64,000 nt of DNA, from positions 26,166,001 to 26,230,000 of the forward strand of contig CM052817.1 of NCBI GenBank assembly GCA_028534125.1. Direction: 5' to 3'. The notes under the pieces were generated by a model. That model was given only the letters and a program-made list of their open reading frames with translations, did not search any database and was not told the DNA's origin. Source of the stretch: Lama glama (taxonomy: Eukaryota). The translations under genes and the position numbers were made by a program. Shown in pieces: positions 50,760-63,671 of this stretch; positions within the stretch are counted from its first letter, which is position 1; each line of letters opens with the position of its first letter.

Positions 50760-52375
50760 CACAGGCATGTCATCTGTAATAGAGACAGTTTTACTTCATT
50801 TTCAGTCTTGTTCCTGTATTTTATTTATTTAGCCTAATTGCTCTGGCTAGGTCTTCCAGTGTGATGTTAAATGTGAGTGGTAAGAGAATACATCCTGAAA
50901 TTTTCCCAACCTAGGGGGAAAGCATTTAGCTTCTCACCATTAATTATGGTTAGCTGTAAGTTTTTTATAGGTGCTTTTTATTAGGTTAGGGAACTGTCCT
51001 ATTCCCAGCTTAATGGATGCTGAATATTGTCATATGTTTTTTCTACATTTATTGAGATGATCATGTAGCTTTTCTTACTTGGTCTGTTAAAATGGTAATT
51101 AATTTTCAAATGTTGAAGTGCCTTGCATTCGTGGAATGAACCCAACTTGGTCGTGATGTTTTACCTTTTTTATGTGATACTGGATTCAATTTACTAATAT
51201 TTTGAGGATTTTTGCATCTTTGTTCATAACGGATTTTGGTCTGTGGTTTTCTTTTAATGTCCTTGGTTTTGATAATGATAGCCTCGTAAAATAAATAGAG
51301 TTCCCACCTCTTCCATTTTCTTGAAGGTATTATGTAAAATTAGTATTTCTTCCTCAAATGTTTCTTTATTTTTCTGTTTTCACTTTCATTAATTTTCCTT
51401 TATTCTTTACTTTCTGTTTGTTTTAGATTTAATTTTTTTTTTCTTAAGGTGGAAGCTCAAGTTCCTGATTTTAGGTCTTTAGAAATACACCATTTCATAT
51501 ACTACATACAGTAAAAGGAGTACAAAGAAGAAAACACAAATCTTAAGTACCTTCTGTATTAAGAAATGAATAAATAAGTAAATTTTAAAAAAGAAATAAA
51601 GCACTGCTTTAGATGCAATTCAAATTACACTGTTACATTTTCATACTAAATTATTTTAAAATTCTCTTGAGACTTCCTCTTTGATCCGAGAGCTACTTAG
51701 ATAGCATATTGTTTAATTCTCGATATTTGGGGATGTCCCAGATATTTCTCTTACTGATTTCTAATTTAATTCTATTGGGATCTGATAACTTTTTTTCAGG
51801 TTTTTTATTATTTTAAGTTTATTAAGATTTGCTTTATGGCCTGGAATATGATCTGTCTTGGTGAGTGTTACATATGTACTTGGGAAGAATGTATAACCTG
51901 ACATTGTTGAGCAGTATATTCTGAATGTCAGTTAATCAAGTTGATTGATAGTGTTGCTCAGGTCATCTACGTCTTGTTAATTTTCTGCGTATTTGTACTG
52001 TCAGTTACTGAGAGGCTTGTTGAAGTCTCCAGCTGTGTTCATGGATTTATGTATTTTTCTTTTCAGGTCTGTGTTTTTGCCTCTTGTATTTTGAAGCTCA
52101 TTTGTTTTAGGTGCATACACATTCAGGATTATTCTGTTGGAGAATTGACCTCTCTCATTTTCCAGTGTTCTTTATCTCTGATCATATTCCTAGTTCTGAA
52201 GTTCTGAAGTCTACTTTATCTGTAATTAACATAAATATTCCAGCTTTCTTTTGGCTAATGTTTGCATGATACATCTTTCTCCATCCTTTTATCTTCAATG
52301 TCTATATAGTCCTTTAACTGGTGTGTTTAGACCATTTACATCTAAAGTGATAATTTGTATGGTTGATTTATAATT
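50760..52375 (-). mobile_element. Ancient L1 ORF2 fragments
   Basis: Same antisense motifs as 5850-7700 (tggattcaatttactaatattttgaggatttttgcatc, ccagctttcttttg). Confidence 0.75.
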
Positions 52376-53138
52376 TTCAGTGACTAATTTTAATCTCACA
52401 CCCCACATTCCTGAAGGTGAGACAGGTGCGCTCATTGCTGTTCATCTTTACCCAGTTTAGCTTCCATGGGCCACTGCTGTAATCATCCCCTTGTTCTTTG
52501 CTTCCTGACCTTCCTTGTAATATGTCATCTTTGCCAAGTCAGCTCCTGTGCCTGCATAGTAGAATCTACCTGGAGAAAAAGAGTTGTGCTGACTGTTCTC
52601 ACTGTGAACTGATAACCACTATTCTCAAGTGGGCCCTTAGCACTTAGCTGCAACCTTATATTTTCCTGATCATCTCAGTCTCATTCTCTGAGGTGACTAC
52701 TGGACAACTTACTTACCTCGGATCTCCAACAGCTTCTAATCCCTCACAACTAATGAACTGATTTTTTTGTTTATTTTTAAGGCCTGATGAGAGCTCACTC
52801 TAAGGCAATTGATAAGGAAATTTAGTTGTTTCTGTGCTAATTTTTTTTATATTATTGAGAGATAGAAGCAAGGAGCACTACACTTTTTCATTATCAAATG
52901 TGTCTGCCTGCCTGCATCTGCTATTATATACTCTGTCTTCCCTCTCATCCATTTAAAGACTATGCTCCCATCTTCTATATTGTTAATTTCTCCCTCCTTT
53001 TTTTTATATTAATCTACAAACTTGCTATATATCTATCTTAAAGAGAAAAAGGAAACCTTTGTAGATTTCTTTAAAGCTACACTGTATTCTAGGAGACAGT
53101 GAAGCAGTTTTTAACTGCTGATAGAAATTATTTTCTAT

Positions 53139-53255
53139 GGGGGTGGGTATAACTCAGAGGTAGTGTGTGTGCTTAGCAGTCACGAGGTCCTAGGTTCAAT
53201 CCCCAGTATTTCCATTTAAAAAAATAAATAAACCTAATTAACCAAAATTAAAAAA
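53139..53255 (+). mobile_element. tRNA-Ala-derived SINE (Vic-1-like)
   Basis: Same head and tail, with degenerate TSD aaattattttcta / aaattgttttcca. Confidence 0.88.
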
Positions 53256-53719
53256 ATTGTTTTCCACCTAAATTTTCATTCAGCAGTCAATCATTAGGAT
53301 GGAATAAAACCTTTTTTTTTTAAACATTCAAGATTCAGAAATGTTACTTATACATACCATTTTAAGAAGTTGCTTGTAGATGTTCTGTGGCAAATTGGAG
53401 TATATCAAGAAATAAAGATACTTGAGGCCAAAGAGATAGTTGATCTAATCTAGGGGAGGGATACAGGAACGACTCATGATGACAACACAAAAAGAAACCA
53501 ACTTTATTGGAGCAATACAGAGGGCTTTGGGAGGGAGGACTCTTAGAAAAGAGGACTTGATAAAATACTCAGTTTGGAGACAGATTGTCCTATATCATAA
53601 CCTCATTTATTCTTTCCACGTGAGCGGGGCCCCTGGAGTTGTACAGTTCATGTCCTGCCTGGATGGAGCAACTAGCAATGCACAAGAGAAAGACAAGTGT
53701 AAACCCACGGTAATAGGAT

Positions 53720-53945
53720 TAGCGAACATGTTTTGGCTGTACAGTAAGTACCTGTTCTATGTACTTTCACATGTATTAATTTATTTAATCTGATTTTACA
53801 ACAACCCTGTAGATCCTCTGCTCATTTTACACATGAGGAAATGGGCAGAAAGTTTAAATAAATTGCTCCAAGTTAACACAGCTAGGAAGTGCCTTATTCA
53901 GGGTGTGAACTCCAGTATGGCTGCATAGCTAGTACTCTTAGCTAA
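53720..53945 (-). mobile_element. MIR SINE
   Basis: acaacaaccctg...cattttacacatgaggaaa...acacagctaggaagtg. Confidence 0.65.
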
Positions 53946-56900
53946 TTTTCCATAGGTCCTCTCAAGACAAAAAATACAGTAATTAAAATACGCAACTTGG
54001 TACTTCATGAACAACTTTTGCAAGGCAGTTAACACTGATGATTGATTTAACCAAATGTGATAAATCTGTATTGCAAGATTTGAGGGGTGCCTCTTAGAAT
54101 GTCAGATTTTCCTCTTCAGAGCCTTTTGTAGATATATCCAAATTTTTTAAATTAAGAAATAATATTCAAGTCATATTGGAAATATGGCAAATATCTGGAG
54201 AAACAATTGAGAAAGCTTGTCCCTAAAGAGTAGGACCAGAGACTGGGAAAGGCTGGGTGCGCAGCAGACTGTTACGTTCATTATAAATCTTCTGTTTCCT
54301 TAACTGTTAATTCATTCATTCTTTTCATAAAAATAAATACGTGTATATTAAAAGGGCTTTCATTTTCTCCCTATAGTAATGTTTCTGTCAGTACACATTG
54401 TGCTTCCTGCTTCTATGCATTTAAAATTACTGTTTCTTCTTTTGGATAGGATTCTCTTCCATTTCTCTAAGTTGAAATCTTGATCCTTCAAGTCCACCCC
54501 TATATGCTGCCACCTCAGTGAACCTTCCCAAACCTCCCTTAGGACTCTATACATGTTCCAGAACTTAAGTACATTCTATCTTACATCCTTGTTAGTTATT
54601 TATCCAGTTGATGGTAAGCTCCTTAGACATAATCTTGTTACTCTCATGACATATGCAAGGCATTCAGTAAATATCAAATGAATTGAATTAGGTGTGTACT
54701 GAAGAAATAAATATCAAGAGGAGCAGAAGCAATGGGACTGAGGAGGCACCATCAGCAGCACTGAAATCATCAGAAAGATGGCGCAAATTCGAGCTGGTCA
54801 TTTTATGTGGGCAGTAGTTTCCACATTTTGTTTTCTTCCAGTCTCTGAGAAGTTTTGATCAAATGATGGGATTAACAGCCAATTTAGAAGTTACAGTGGT
54901 GAGCTAAAACTTCTTTCAGGAGAGGTTTGTCTGTTTAAAATAATCACCAAGTACAGTCAGGTAAAGTTTTGCTCTTTTTCTACAGTGTGAGAAATTAGTG
55001 TACAGGTACTTTTTGTGGCAAAAGGAGAAAAGCCAATGGGGAGAGAGAAATTGAAGATGGGGAGATGGAAAATATTCTCTTTTTGGTGGGAAGAATGGGA
55101 TACAGAACATTTATGGATTTTATAATCAAGAAATACATTTTTAAATGGATTATAAAATGCTGTATAAAGCATTGTTACTGCTTTGAAGGGATTATTGTCT
55201 GGAGTATAGACAGCTGTAAATATCCTGTAGTAAGTGGGAAGAACCATAGAGATCCTTCAGGCAACCATTCTCATTTTAGTGATGAGAAACTCAACTTGAG
55301 ATGTGACCTAACTAAGGTCATGTATACATTGTTAATGAATCATGAAACTGAGATTAAGACTATCTCCAAATCCATGTTTTCCTACTCAGTCTGAAATCCC
55401 CTGTCTCCCTTCTGATGAAATCTTTTTTAACTAAATGTCACTTTTCTGAAACATTCCCTTCTAACATCTCTCTGAACTCCCTCTCATTCAGGCACAGTAA
55501 ATTTTTTCTAGACTCTCATAGTTCTTTGTGTAAACGTTTATTATGGCACACATCATACTGCATTAACACAGTTTGTTTTCATGTCAATCTTTTCCTCCTT
55601 AAAGGTTAGGATCCTGTCTTTTTTATGTTTATCCCAGCACAAAGACTGGCAGGATACTGGTGCTCAGTAGTGTCTTCAGATAGGAACTCTTGTTATCAAC
55701 CGTTCCGATCTGTGGAAATGGTCCCAAAGGTGCTATTTTTAAGCCATGTTAAAGATATGTAGGCAGTTTATGGACAAAATTTTGGAAATATAAGGCATCT
55801 AAATAACCAAACAGAAATGTAAGGTATCTTAACTCAAAAGCTCCAAAGGACTTGGGTAGTTACAGGTCTTAGTGACCAAATTCTAGGCCTCTATGAAAAC
55901 CAGACAAAGGGCTATTCTGAGAAGTGACTTGGAAGAAAAGGAAAGTGAATTGAGTGTAAAATAGCTCTGTTTATAAGGGCCCTACATTGTATTTTTCTTT
56001 TAAGGGTCTGTATCTACTCTACCTCTTTCCTGTTCTTCTTTTTATTTATACCTTGTCAAATACCAAAAAAAAATTTGAGGCAAGTGTGAAGAGCAAGTAG
56101 AATAAATTAATGGTAAAATAAGTGTATTAGGGTCACGGAGAAGAGAATAGAGAGTCAAGAGCAAAGGACAAGAAGACTAAATATTCAGGCAGGAAATTGT
56201 TATGCATCCCAGAGTGCTTATGTCTCTCAATGGGGCCAAATCAAAGTATCATCAGTGCTGTGTCCAGTCCCATATCTTGGATCTCTGGGTAACATCTATT
56301 TCTCTTCTTACTCTGGTCCTGTCTGAATATCATACAACCTGTTCATTAAATTGAAAAGGTAACTGCAAAATATACTGTATATAAAATAGTGCAGGAAAAA
56401 GGATTAATATTAATAAATATATATTACTTAAAATGTTATATAAATTACTAAAATATGTAGATATGTTATTTAAATCTTATGGCAAGAGACTTGAGTTCAT
56501 TGCTGCAGTCTGGTCATGAAGTAGTAGTTGATAGATTCTACTGTTACGATTTCCTTATAGCTATTCCAAATTCACCTTCCAGTTAGCTAGCACTTTGATA
56601 GATTGAGTTTTTTCAGTGGGATGCTAGTCTCCCCAGATTCCTCCTTTACCCCTTCCTGCCGTAGTTGTGGAACAGTAACTCATTTCCTTATTTGATAATA
56701 CAGATCAGTCACCTCCATCATTATTGCAACATATCAGTGACATACCCAGTTTATTCAACACCTGTAGTGGATCATTTTTTAACACCCTTTATGCTAAAAT
56801 GTTATTTTCAGTAATCATGAAATAATAATAAAACACAGTGAAAAACATTTTATTGAACTTCACATGTGTATAATCATGTCAGTAAATTTTAGGTGACAAA

Positions 56901-56989
56901 AGAGATAAAGAAATAGACTAATTTTAATTTACATTAATGTATGTTTTGAGAAGAGGGAAAAACCTACACAAGTCTGATGTACATTGAAT

Positions 56990-57290
56990 ATTGCAATTTT
57001 TATTTTTTGAGTCTTATCCAAATTTGTTAATGATATTGTCAAAATTGACTTTTCTATATTAATGTTCAAAAAAGATTATACCCAGACTCGTCCCCTATGC
57101 TCACTCTTACTTGAGTGAAGAACACTATTCATTTTATTTTTGAGAAGCATTGCATGAAGCAGCAGATAACAAATTGTAGGAGATGTCTTAAACATAAAGA
57201 TAAGTGTGTCAGAATTTCATAAAATCCTGTATCACAGTGTATTCCAGAAATTGCAATACTGTCTGTTTTCACTTTTCAGGACTGATTCTG
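56990..57290 (-). mobile_element. Fossil hAT transposase C-terminal (dimerisation-domain) fragment, hAT-Tip100-like
   Basis: Minus-strand pieces translate, with frameshifts and stops, to SAASC/CFSKIK*/SVLHSSKSEHR/SLGIIFFEH*YRKVNFDNIINKF. This resembles the hAT motif ERSFSKLK..RS.MS..RL..LAILSIE..IDKF. Confidence 0.65.
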
Positions 57291-57907
57291 TCGACTTAAG
57301 TAGGAAAAAAAAAATTAGAAAACTTCAAGTTGTCATATAGAATAACAAAATTGCAGTAACTAAAGTTGTTTCTTTAACTGGTTATTTTGAATCTAGGAGA
57401 TTCTGCCTGCTGCCTCCAATGTGGAAAGCTGTGAAGAGGGTGGTTTCCACCCTAACAAGTAAAAGGCAGATAATCCAGAAAGTCATAACTTTCCTTGAAC
57501 TCACTGGAGAACTGAAGTAACCAAATGGCCTGAAATCTAAAGAAATGTGCCTGATACACAAAGGGAGTTCTACCTGCTTACGGGTGATTTTACATGGTCC
57601 TCCATCAGCAGTCAGGAGGAGGACTGGGTCCAGGTGGAGACCAGAGATAAGCCTTTCTTGGTAGTGCCAGTGAGCTGCCGTGGGAGAGAAACCGAGCCTC
57701 AGTGACAAAAGCGGTAGCTGCTTGGGAAGAAAGCAGCCCTTCACCCTAGAGTACAAGCGAAGGTCAAATGAGGCTGGGGAAAGGAAAAAAAGATCCCTGT
57801 GCCCTGAGGAGGAAGAAAACATCCTCGAAAAAGGCTGAGGTTCCTCCTCTGCTGGGAGAGGTTCAGGCCACAGAGGAAGCCCCATCTCTTAGCTGGTTTT
57901 CTGCCAG

Positions 57908-58192
57908 CTGATCCATTTCCTAGTGAGGCCTCTCTTCCTGGATTGAAGATGGCCACCTTCTTGCTGTGTTCTTACGTAGCCTTTCCTCAGTGAGTGCAGG
58001 TGGAGATAGAGTGTACAAGTTCTCTGGTGTTTTGTCTTATAAGGACATTAATTCTGTTGAATCAGGGCCCTACCCTATGACCTCATTTAACCCTAATTAC
58101 CTCCTAAAAGCCCTATCTCCAAATATAGCCACACTGGGGGGGTTAAGGCTTCAATATAAGGATTTGGTGGGGACACAGTTCAATCCATAACA
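57908..58192. mobile_element. MaLR LTR (MLT1A-like)
   Basis: tgaggcctctcttcctgg..agatggccaccttcttgctgtg...tgacctcatttaaccctaattacctcc...tccataaca end. Confidence 0.85.
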
Positions 58193-58359
58193 GGTGATAA
58201 TCTGATGAGTGGTTTCACCATGGTATTCATGGTCTGCTAAAGTCCCATCCCTCAGACCTGATGGATTTTCACTGCTCTCTGCCCTAACCAGCCCCAGGAG
58301 CTAATATAGATTACCCCCATATACCTGAGGGTCTGCTGCTGGCAACTATTTCCAGTACC

Positions 58360-58860
58360 AATTTATTATGCAAAAACCAATTCTAGCTAATTCAAGAAGA
58401 AAATAAATTTATTAGTGGGGATTGAGTAGCTCAGACTCTCTTGGAGGTCCAGGAAATTAAGCTCAGAGGTTATAGAGCCAGAAGCAGTGCTAAAAATAAT
58501 TTCATAGAACTGGTCCTTGAAGATCCAGCTTCCACTGCCAATGCTGGGACACCCCAGCCAGCCTGCAGCACTGATACCACTGATGGCGGGTGGTGAACAC
58601 TACTCCCCATCACTTCCAGGATGGAGTGGTCCCTGTTCTATTGTGTCACAGTCCACATCTCAAAGTAGGTACAGGTGTTTGGTTGACAGCACCCAGGTCA
58701 TATGTCTGAGCCATAGGTGCAGGGGAGGCTAGGAAAGTAATGGTTGGTGTTTTCAGCTTCTGCAGAGGGAAATGGGCTCTGCCTCATTGCGTAGTGGTTG
58801 TGGTGATGGTGGGGTGGTTCCTCAGACAAAAGGGCATTCAGTATACTGACTGTTAAAAAA
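58360..58860. mobile_element. Older MaLR LTR (MLT1L/M-like)
   Basis: ccaggtcatatgtctg...gcaggggaggctaggaaagt...ttttcagcttct...gggctctgcctc. Confidence 0.55.
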
Positions 58861-59714
58861 TGATGAGAAAGTTAAATGATTGATGTGGCCTCTTTGGGGC
58901 TGAACTGTATGGGAATGTGAGGAAATGGAAATTTTGTACTGGGCTCAAGGAAGACTAACAGAAGTAGGGTGGTTGGCCCAGATCCTGGAAAACAGATACA
59001 GCAAGCAAGAGCAAAAATATCTGAGTGTCTTTGATCGCTGCCTGAAGATGTTCCGGTGGTGCTGGGGGCTGCCAGTCTGCTTGAGGGGGACATCTGAGAG
59101 CAGGTGAGCACTCACTGTGGCCAGGCATTCTGCGAAGTGCTTTCTCCCTTTTACCTTCATGACTATGAAGCAGTTGATATTTTACAAGTGAGAAAACTGC
59201 ATTGTGAAAGGGTCTATAAGATTTCCAAGTCTCACAGTGCCAGGCATACCAGAATAGAGATGGATTCCGCAGGCAGTTGCAGCTAATGGAGGCTTCATTA
59301 TGAAGATGAGCCGGCCAGCTCTTCCTGTAGAGTCTGCACTTCCCAGACTTCATTCAGCTCAGCTTCCCACAGAGACTTCCCAAGCAGAGAGAAGGAACTG
59401 ATCAGTCTTTGTAAACATGCTGGCCCCTGGTTTACACATAGTCTTTTCTGTCTTTGGTTAATAAGGCCAGCCCCATGGAGAAAACTGTTTTTAGACCGTC
59501 CTCACTGAGAACTAGACTGACCCCAGCAAGTAACCCTCAGAGGAGCAGAGGTCACTGATGGGAAGGTGGTGTGCCTGGAAACTCAGTTATTGGTAATAAT
59601 GGTTCTTTTGACATGACGTGGATTTAACAGTCTGGTACTTAAGTAGATGCTGCTTTGTTTTGTATAGTTAAACTTTTGGGGGGGAAGATGTCTCATTTAT
59701 CTGAAATTTTGCTG

Positions 59715-60150
59715 GGGTGCAATTTACGTATTATAAAATACATCCCCTTTAAAAATATACAATTCACTGATTTTCAGAAGATTTACTGAGTTGTGCAGCC
59801 ATCACTACAGTCCAGTTTTAGGACATTTCCATTGCTCTAGTAAGATCCCATGAGCCTCTTTAGTTGTAGCTGCAGTCAGCCCTAGTCCTTGGCAAGCATG
59901 AATCTACTTTCTGTCCCTCTAGATTTGCCTTCTCTGGATAGCTGATATAAATGGAAGCATACCGTATGTAGTTCTTTGTGTCTGGCTTCTTTCACTCAGC
60001 ATGTTTCTGAGCTTCATCTGTGTTGTAGCATGATCAGTATTTCCTTCCTTTTTATTGCTAAGTAGTATTCCATTGTATGTGTTTTGTTTATGTATTTGAT
60101 GTACATAGATCACATTTTGTTTATTCATCCATCAATTGATGGAGACTTGG
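59715..60150 (-). mobile_element. L1MB-like 3' end
   Basis: gagttgtgcagccatcactac...tctggcttctttcactcagcat...ttcatccatcaattgatgga. Confidence 0.75.
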
Positions 60151-60349
60151 TTAATGTTACCTTGGTTTCCTTAGGATATTGTTTGCTGAATTGCATGGAA
60201 GCAACAGAAAGCAATAGGTAGCATCATCCCAGCTACTCCCCACCGTCTTGTATGCGTTATCCTTTTCTTTCTCCTCTTGTATTTCACTTACCATTAAGTT
60301 CCAGAAAGGTGTGGGTCTCTCAGAAACCTGGTGGAAAAGGTTAGGCAGG

Positions 60350-60525
60350 AAGCACTGAGTTGTGTGGTCAGACTGGGTTGAAACTGCCCCCTTCTTGCTG
60401 AGGGGACTTGGGCTTATTGTTTTACTTCTCTGAGCTGAAGCAGCATGTGTAAGTAGAGATGAACATAGTTACCTTAGGGGGTTATTGTGAGAATTAAATA
60501 TGCCAGTGTATGTAAAGTGCCAAGG
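60350..60525 (+). mobile_element. MIR SINE
   Basis: gacttgggc...acttctctgagc...gttattgtgagaattaaat...tgtaaagtgcc. Confidence 0.6.
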
Positions 60526-63500
60526 TTTTGATAAGTTTGTATTTTTACTGGCTTTGGGTGTGGTGTGGGGCACTAGAGCTTAGGCAGAACAAACTGCCTC
60601 TTCTGTGCCTCCCTTTCTTTTAGGTAAAACAGTACCAGGGCAGACTAGGCACTCAAGGACCAGCACACTCTGATCTGATGGTTAGAGTGGAAAAGGTACT
60701 GACTGGGCAGTTGCCAAGGAGACTGACTAATCTTGCCCCATGAGGTGAAAGGGGCCCTGTGCAGTAGGGGAAATGAAGAGCATCTCAGGGGTCTGAGCTT
60801 TAAGAAGCCCAAGGAAGCAACTCTTAATTTGAATTTCTAAGTAGGAAAATATTCTAGTCTTTCCCACGTGATCGTCCCATTCCAACACAAATGAAGGCCT
60901 GTGTACCTGGCTCACATCCTAGTGGGGGGCCCCTCACAGCCTCCAGAGCTCCCCAACTGGACTTTTCTTGGGGCGCTTGCTCTTCTGAGTATCCAGGAGA
61001 GGTGATAAGGCCTCCCAGGCCTGCTGGATTTTGCATTATTTTAAGGCATATTTCCATCATCACCTGGTTGCTTCCATTTGACTGACACTGTGAGGTACTC
61101 AACCCAAGCCTTATAGGGTTCCTGCCTGAATTTACAGAGCAAATGTTTCTGTGCACCTGAGCGATCTGTGCTCTCGATTAAGCTTTCCTAAGGGATAGAG
61201 AATCTAGTAGAAATGTCAGCCCTTTTTGGGCTTCTCTGCTCAACTATTATTGTTGAGAAATACTAATTATAAGCAGGGATATTAAAATGAAAGTGACTAA
61301 TCTGCTCCCTCCCACTTTCAGAACCCTGTTCTCCCCAAGGCCAAATGGTAACAAAGGCCATGTGTTTGCACAGTGGCTTTCTTCTTGTTTCTACTTGTTA
61401 TGGAATAGTTATAATTTCTTTCATCCTTCTATATGATGTGTAAAATTTAGGTAGCTCTGATCTTCAAAACAATGCCGAAATTATCAGTAGGATACATATT
61501 ACCTACGTCACGCATCAATGAAGATCAGGCCTTTGGACAACAAACACTTCACTGCCATGTATGTTACCATTAGATGGACAGGTGGAATTAGCAGGAGACT
61601 GGAACTGATGTAATAGACTTCTAGAAAGAGGCATGCCCCGCTGTCCAGAATTGTCAGCTTCTGTGGGCAGGCAGGCCAAGCTGCCAAAAGGTCAGTGAAT
61701 GCAGAGACCCTGTGCTCCGGGGCCAAGTCTTCAGACTACCTTTAAAAGAGCCTTCCTGTAAAACAGTCTCAACACGTGAGCTGGTTTTAGGGGTACCAGC
61801 CTTCTGCCTTTCAGCTGTTAACCTGAGGTGGGTGGTAAAGCAGCAGGTTCTGCTTTTGTCTCTGCAGCTGACCTTTCTCTTGGAGGGTACACGCCACCAC
61901 AAGCCATGGGAAACCAGATGGCAAAACTTTCAAAACCTTCCTGGGAGGAAAAGGGTTTCAGGAGTTTTTTTGGGGTGGGGGGTGGCTACCAGGGTGATCT
62001 CTTCTCAAAAAGTTTCAAAACAAAATTCAAGTTGGGCGCTGCCTAGGTCCCCATCAAAATTTGCTTCTTGGAGAAGCCCACTAAGTTCCTACAATTTGTC
62101 CAAAGAAACCACAGAATTATGGACACACCTGAATTTGTGCTTTGGATGGGGGTGCACTTGGGAAGGTGGGAGACCAAGGTGTGGGGGCTGGGACCAGGTG
62201 TTCCAGTGTCTGCAAATAGAGCGATACTTTGCATAAGGGAAGTGCTCAAGCAGTGCTGCTGAAAGAGCTGTCCTCTGGCCCTTGCCTACGCTCAGGACTC
62301 CCTCCTCCCAGGGGGCTCCCAGGCTAGAGAGCTGCCTCTTGCATCAGGTCCAGGTAATCTGGTAGGCGACTTGCTCAGCCCAGTCACTTCTTTAGGGACC
62401 TGTGTGCTCGTAACAATTCTCAGAATTGCACATCTCCAGAAAAGGTGAGGATTTTCTGCTTCTAAGCAGCCATGAGGTCTCTTAAGTCAGTGTATTACCT
62501 AGAACAGCTTTTGTTGTCCTATTTGCTTTATATTGCTACTCCTTCTAAGGCACCGTTTTTAGTGTTTTTAATGTCAGTCCCTGTCACTGAGCCTGGTGTG
62601 TTCAGAATGGTTACCCCCATCCTTACATTTTCTTACTGGCTTCCACAGACCTGGACCTTTGTGCTGTGGTGCTCCTTACGTGTTTAACTGACCTCCAGGT
62701 AATTGCTTTCAAGCTTCTCCTAGATGGAAGAACAGATACAGTGCTGTTTCTTAAAAGGACACATGGTCTTTGCTAGCAAAAGGAGTACCTAGAGAATGAG
62801 GGAGAGGAAAGTGCCTTAAGTTGGAATCATTCATTAAAAAGAAAGTTATTTGAGAAATACCCCAAAGCTGAAGTCCTGATCACCAGCCTGGCCCAGGTTC
62901 CTTAGAGACGGTTCCTTGTGCATGTTCCTGTTGGACTTTGAAATAAGACACAAAGTGAAATATGTGGTTATTACTCTTAGGGGGATGAAAACTTGAAGCT
63001 CCGGTTTACAGGCTGAGGAAGTGTTTTATGTACACTCATTTCCGTTGTTTTACACTGTTGCTGACTTGTAGCTAACTTTTAACTTCTTGTAGACAAAGCC
63101 ATCATTATTATTTAGGCAGGCTGCAAAGCTTGTCGTCAGACTGCTAGACTTGTTGGTCACCAGTGGTTTCTACTGAGTTAGCCATGTGAATACTGAAGAC
63201 AAAGTCTGGACAAGGATCCAAGGGTGGAGTGATAATCCCACTGAGGGTAAAATACAGAACCAGGCATGAGTTTCTCTTCTCATTCTGTTCACCTCTTATT
63301 CCAGGTACATTTATGTAATCTGCTTGCTCTCCATCAGCTAGTTTTTGACCTAAATGTACATGTCCAGAATTTGCAAAAAACAGATGTATCAATGGATAGT
63401 ATAAATGAAAGGCCACTTTTAAATTCTTAGATTAAAAACCTTCTCAAGTTTCTCAAATGTCCATCAGAGTTTATCTATTTAATGTTCTCCCTCAGTTGCT

Positions 63501-63671
63501 AGAAGTCAGATCAGAGTAGCAGTCAGGAAGTTTGAAGGTGGCATTTGAATCCTTATGAAGATATGCAGACTGACTCCAGAATCTAAACAGAAAATATGCA
63601 AAGATGTTTTATCAGCTTGTGACATACCGGGGTGCGGGGGTACATAAATATTCAGGGCTCCACACTACTAT

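Noticed and set aside
57382..57885. 167-aa minus-strand ORF
   Set aside because: Overlaps sequence resembling an old L1 5' region next to a MaLR LTR, with no domain or splice support.
61712..62236. 174-aa ORF
   Set aside because: GTG start and no recognisable domain. Its length is plausible by chance in this more GC-rich stretch.
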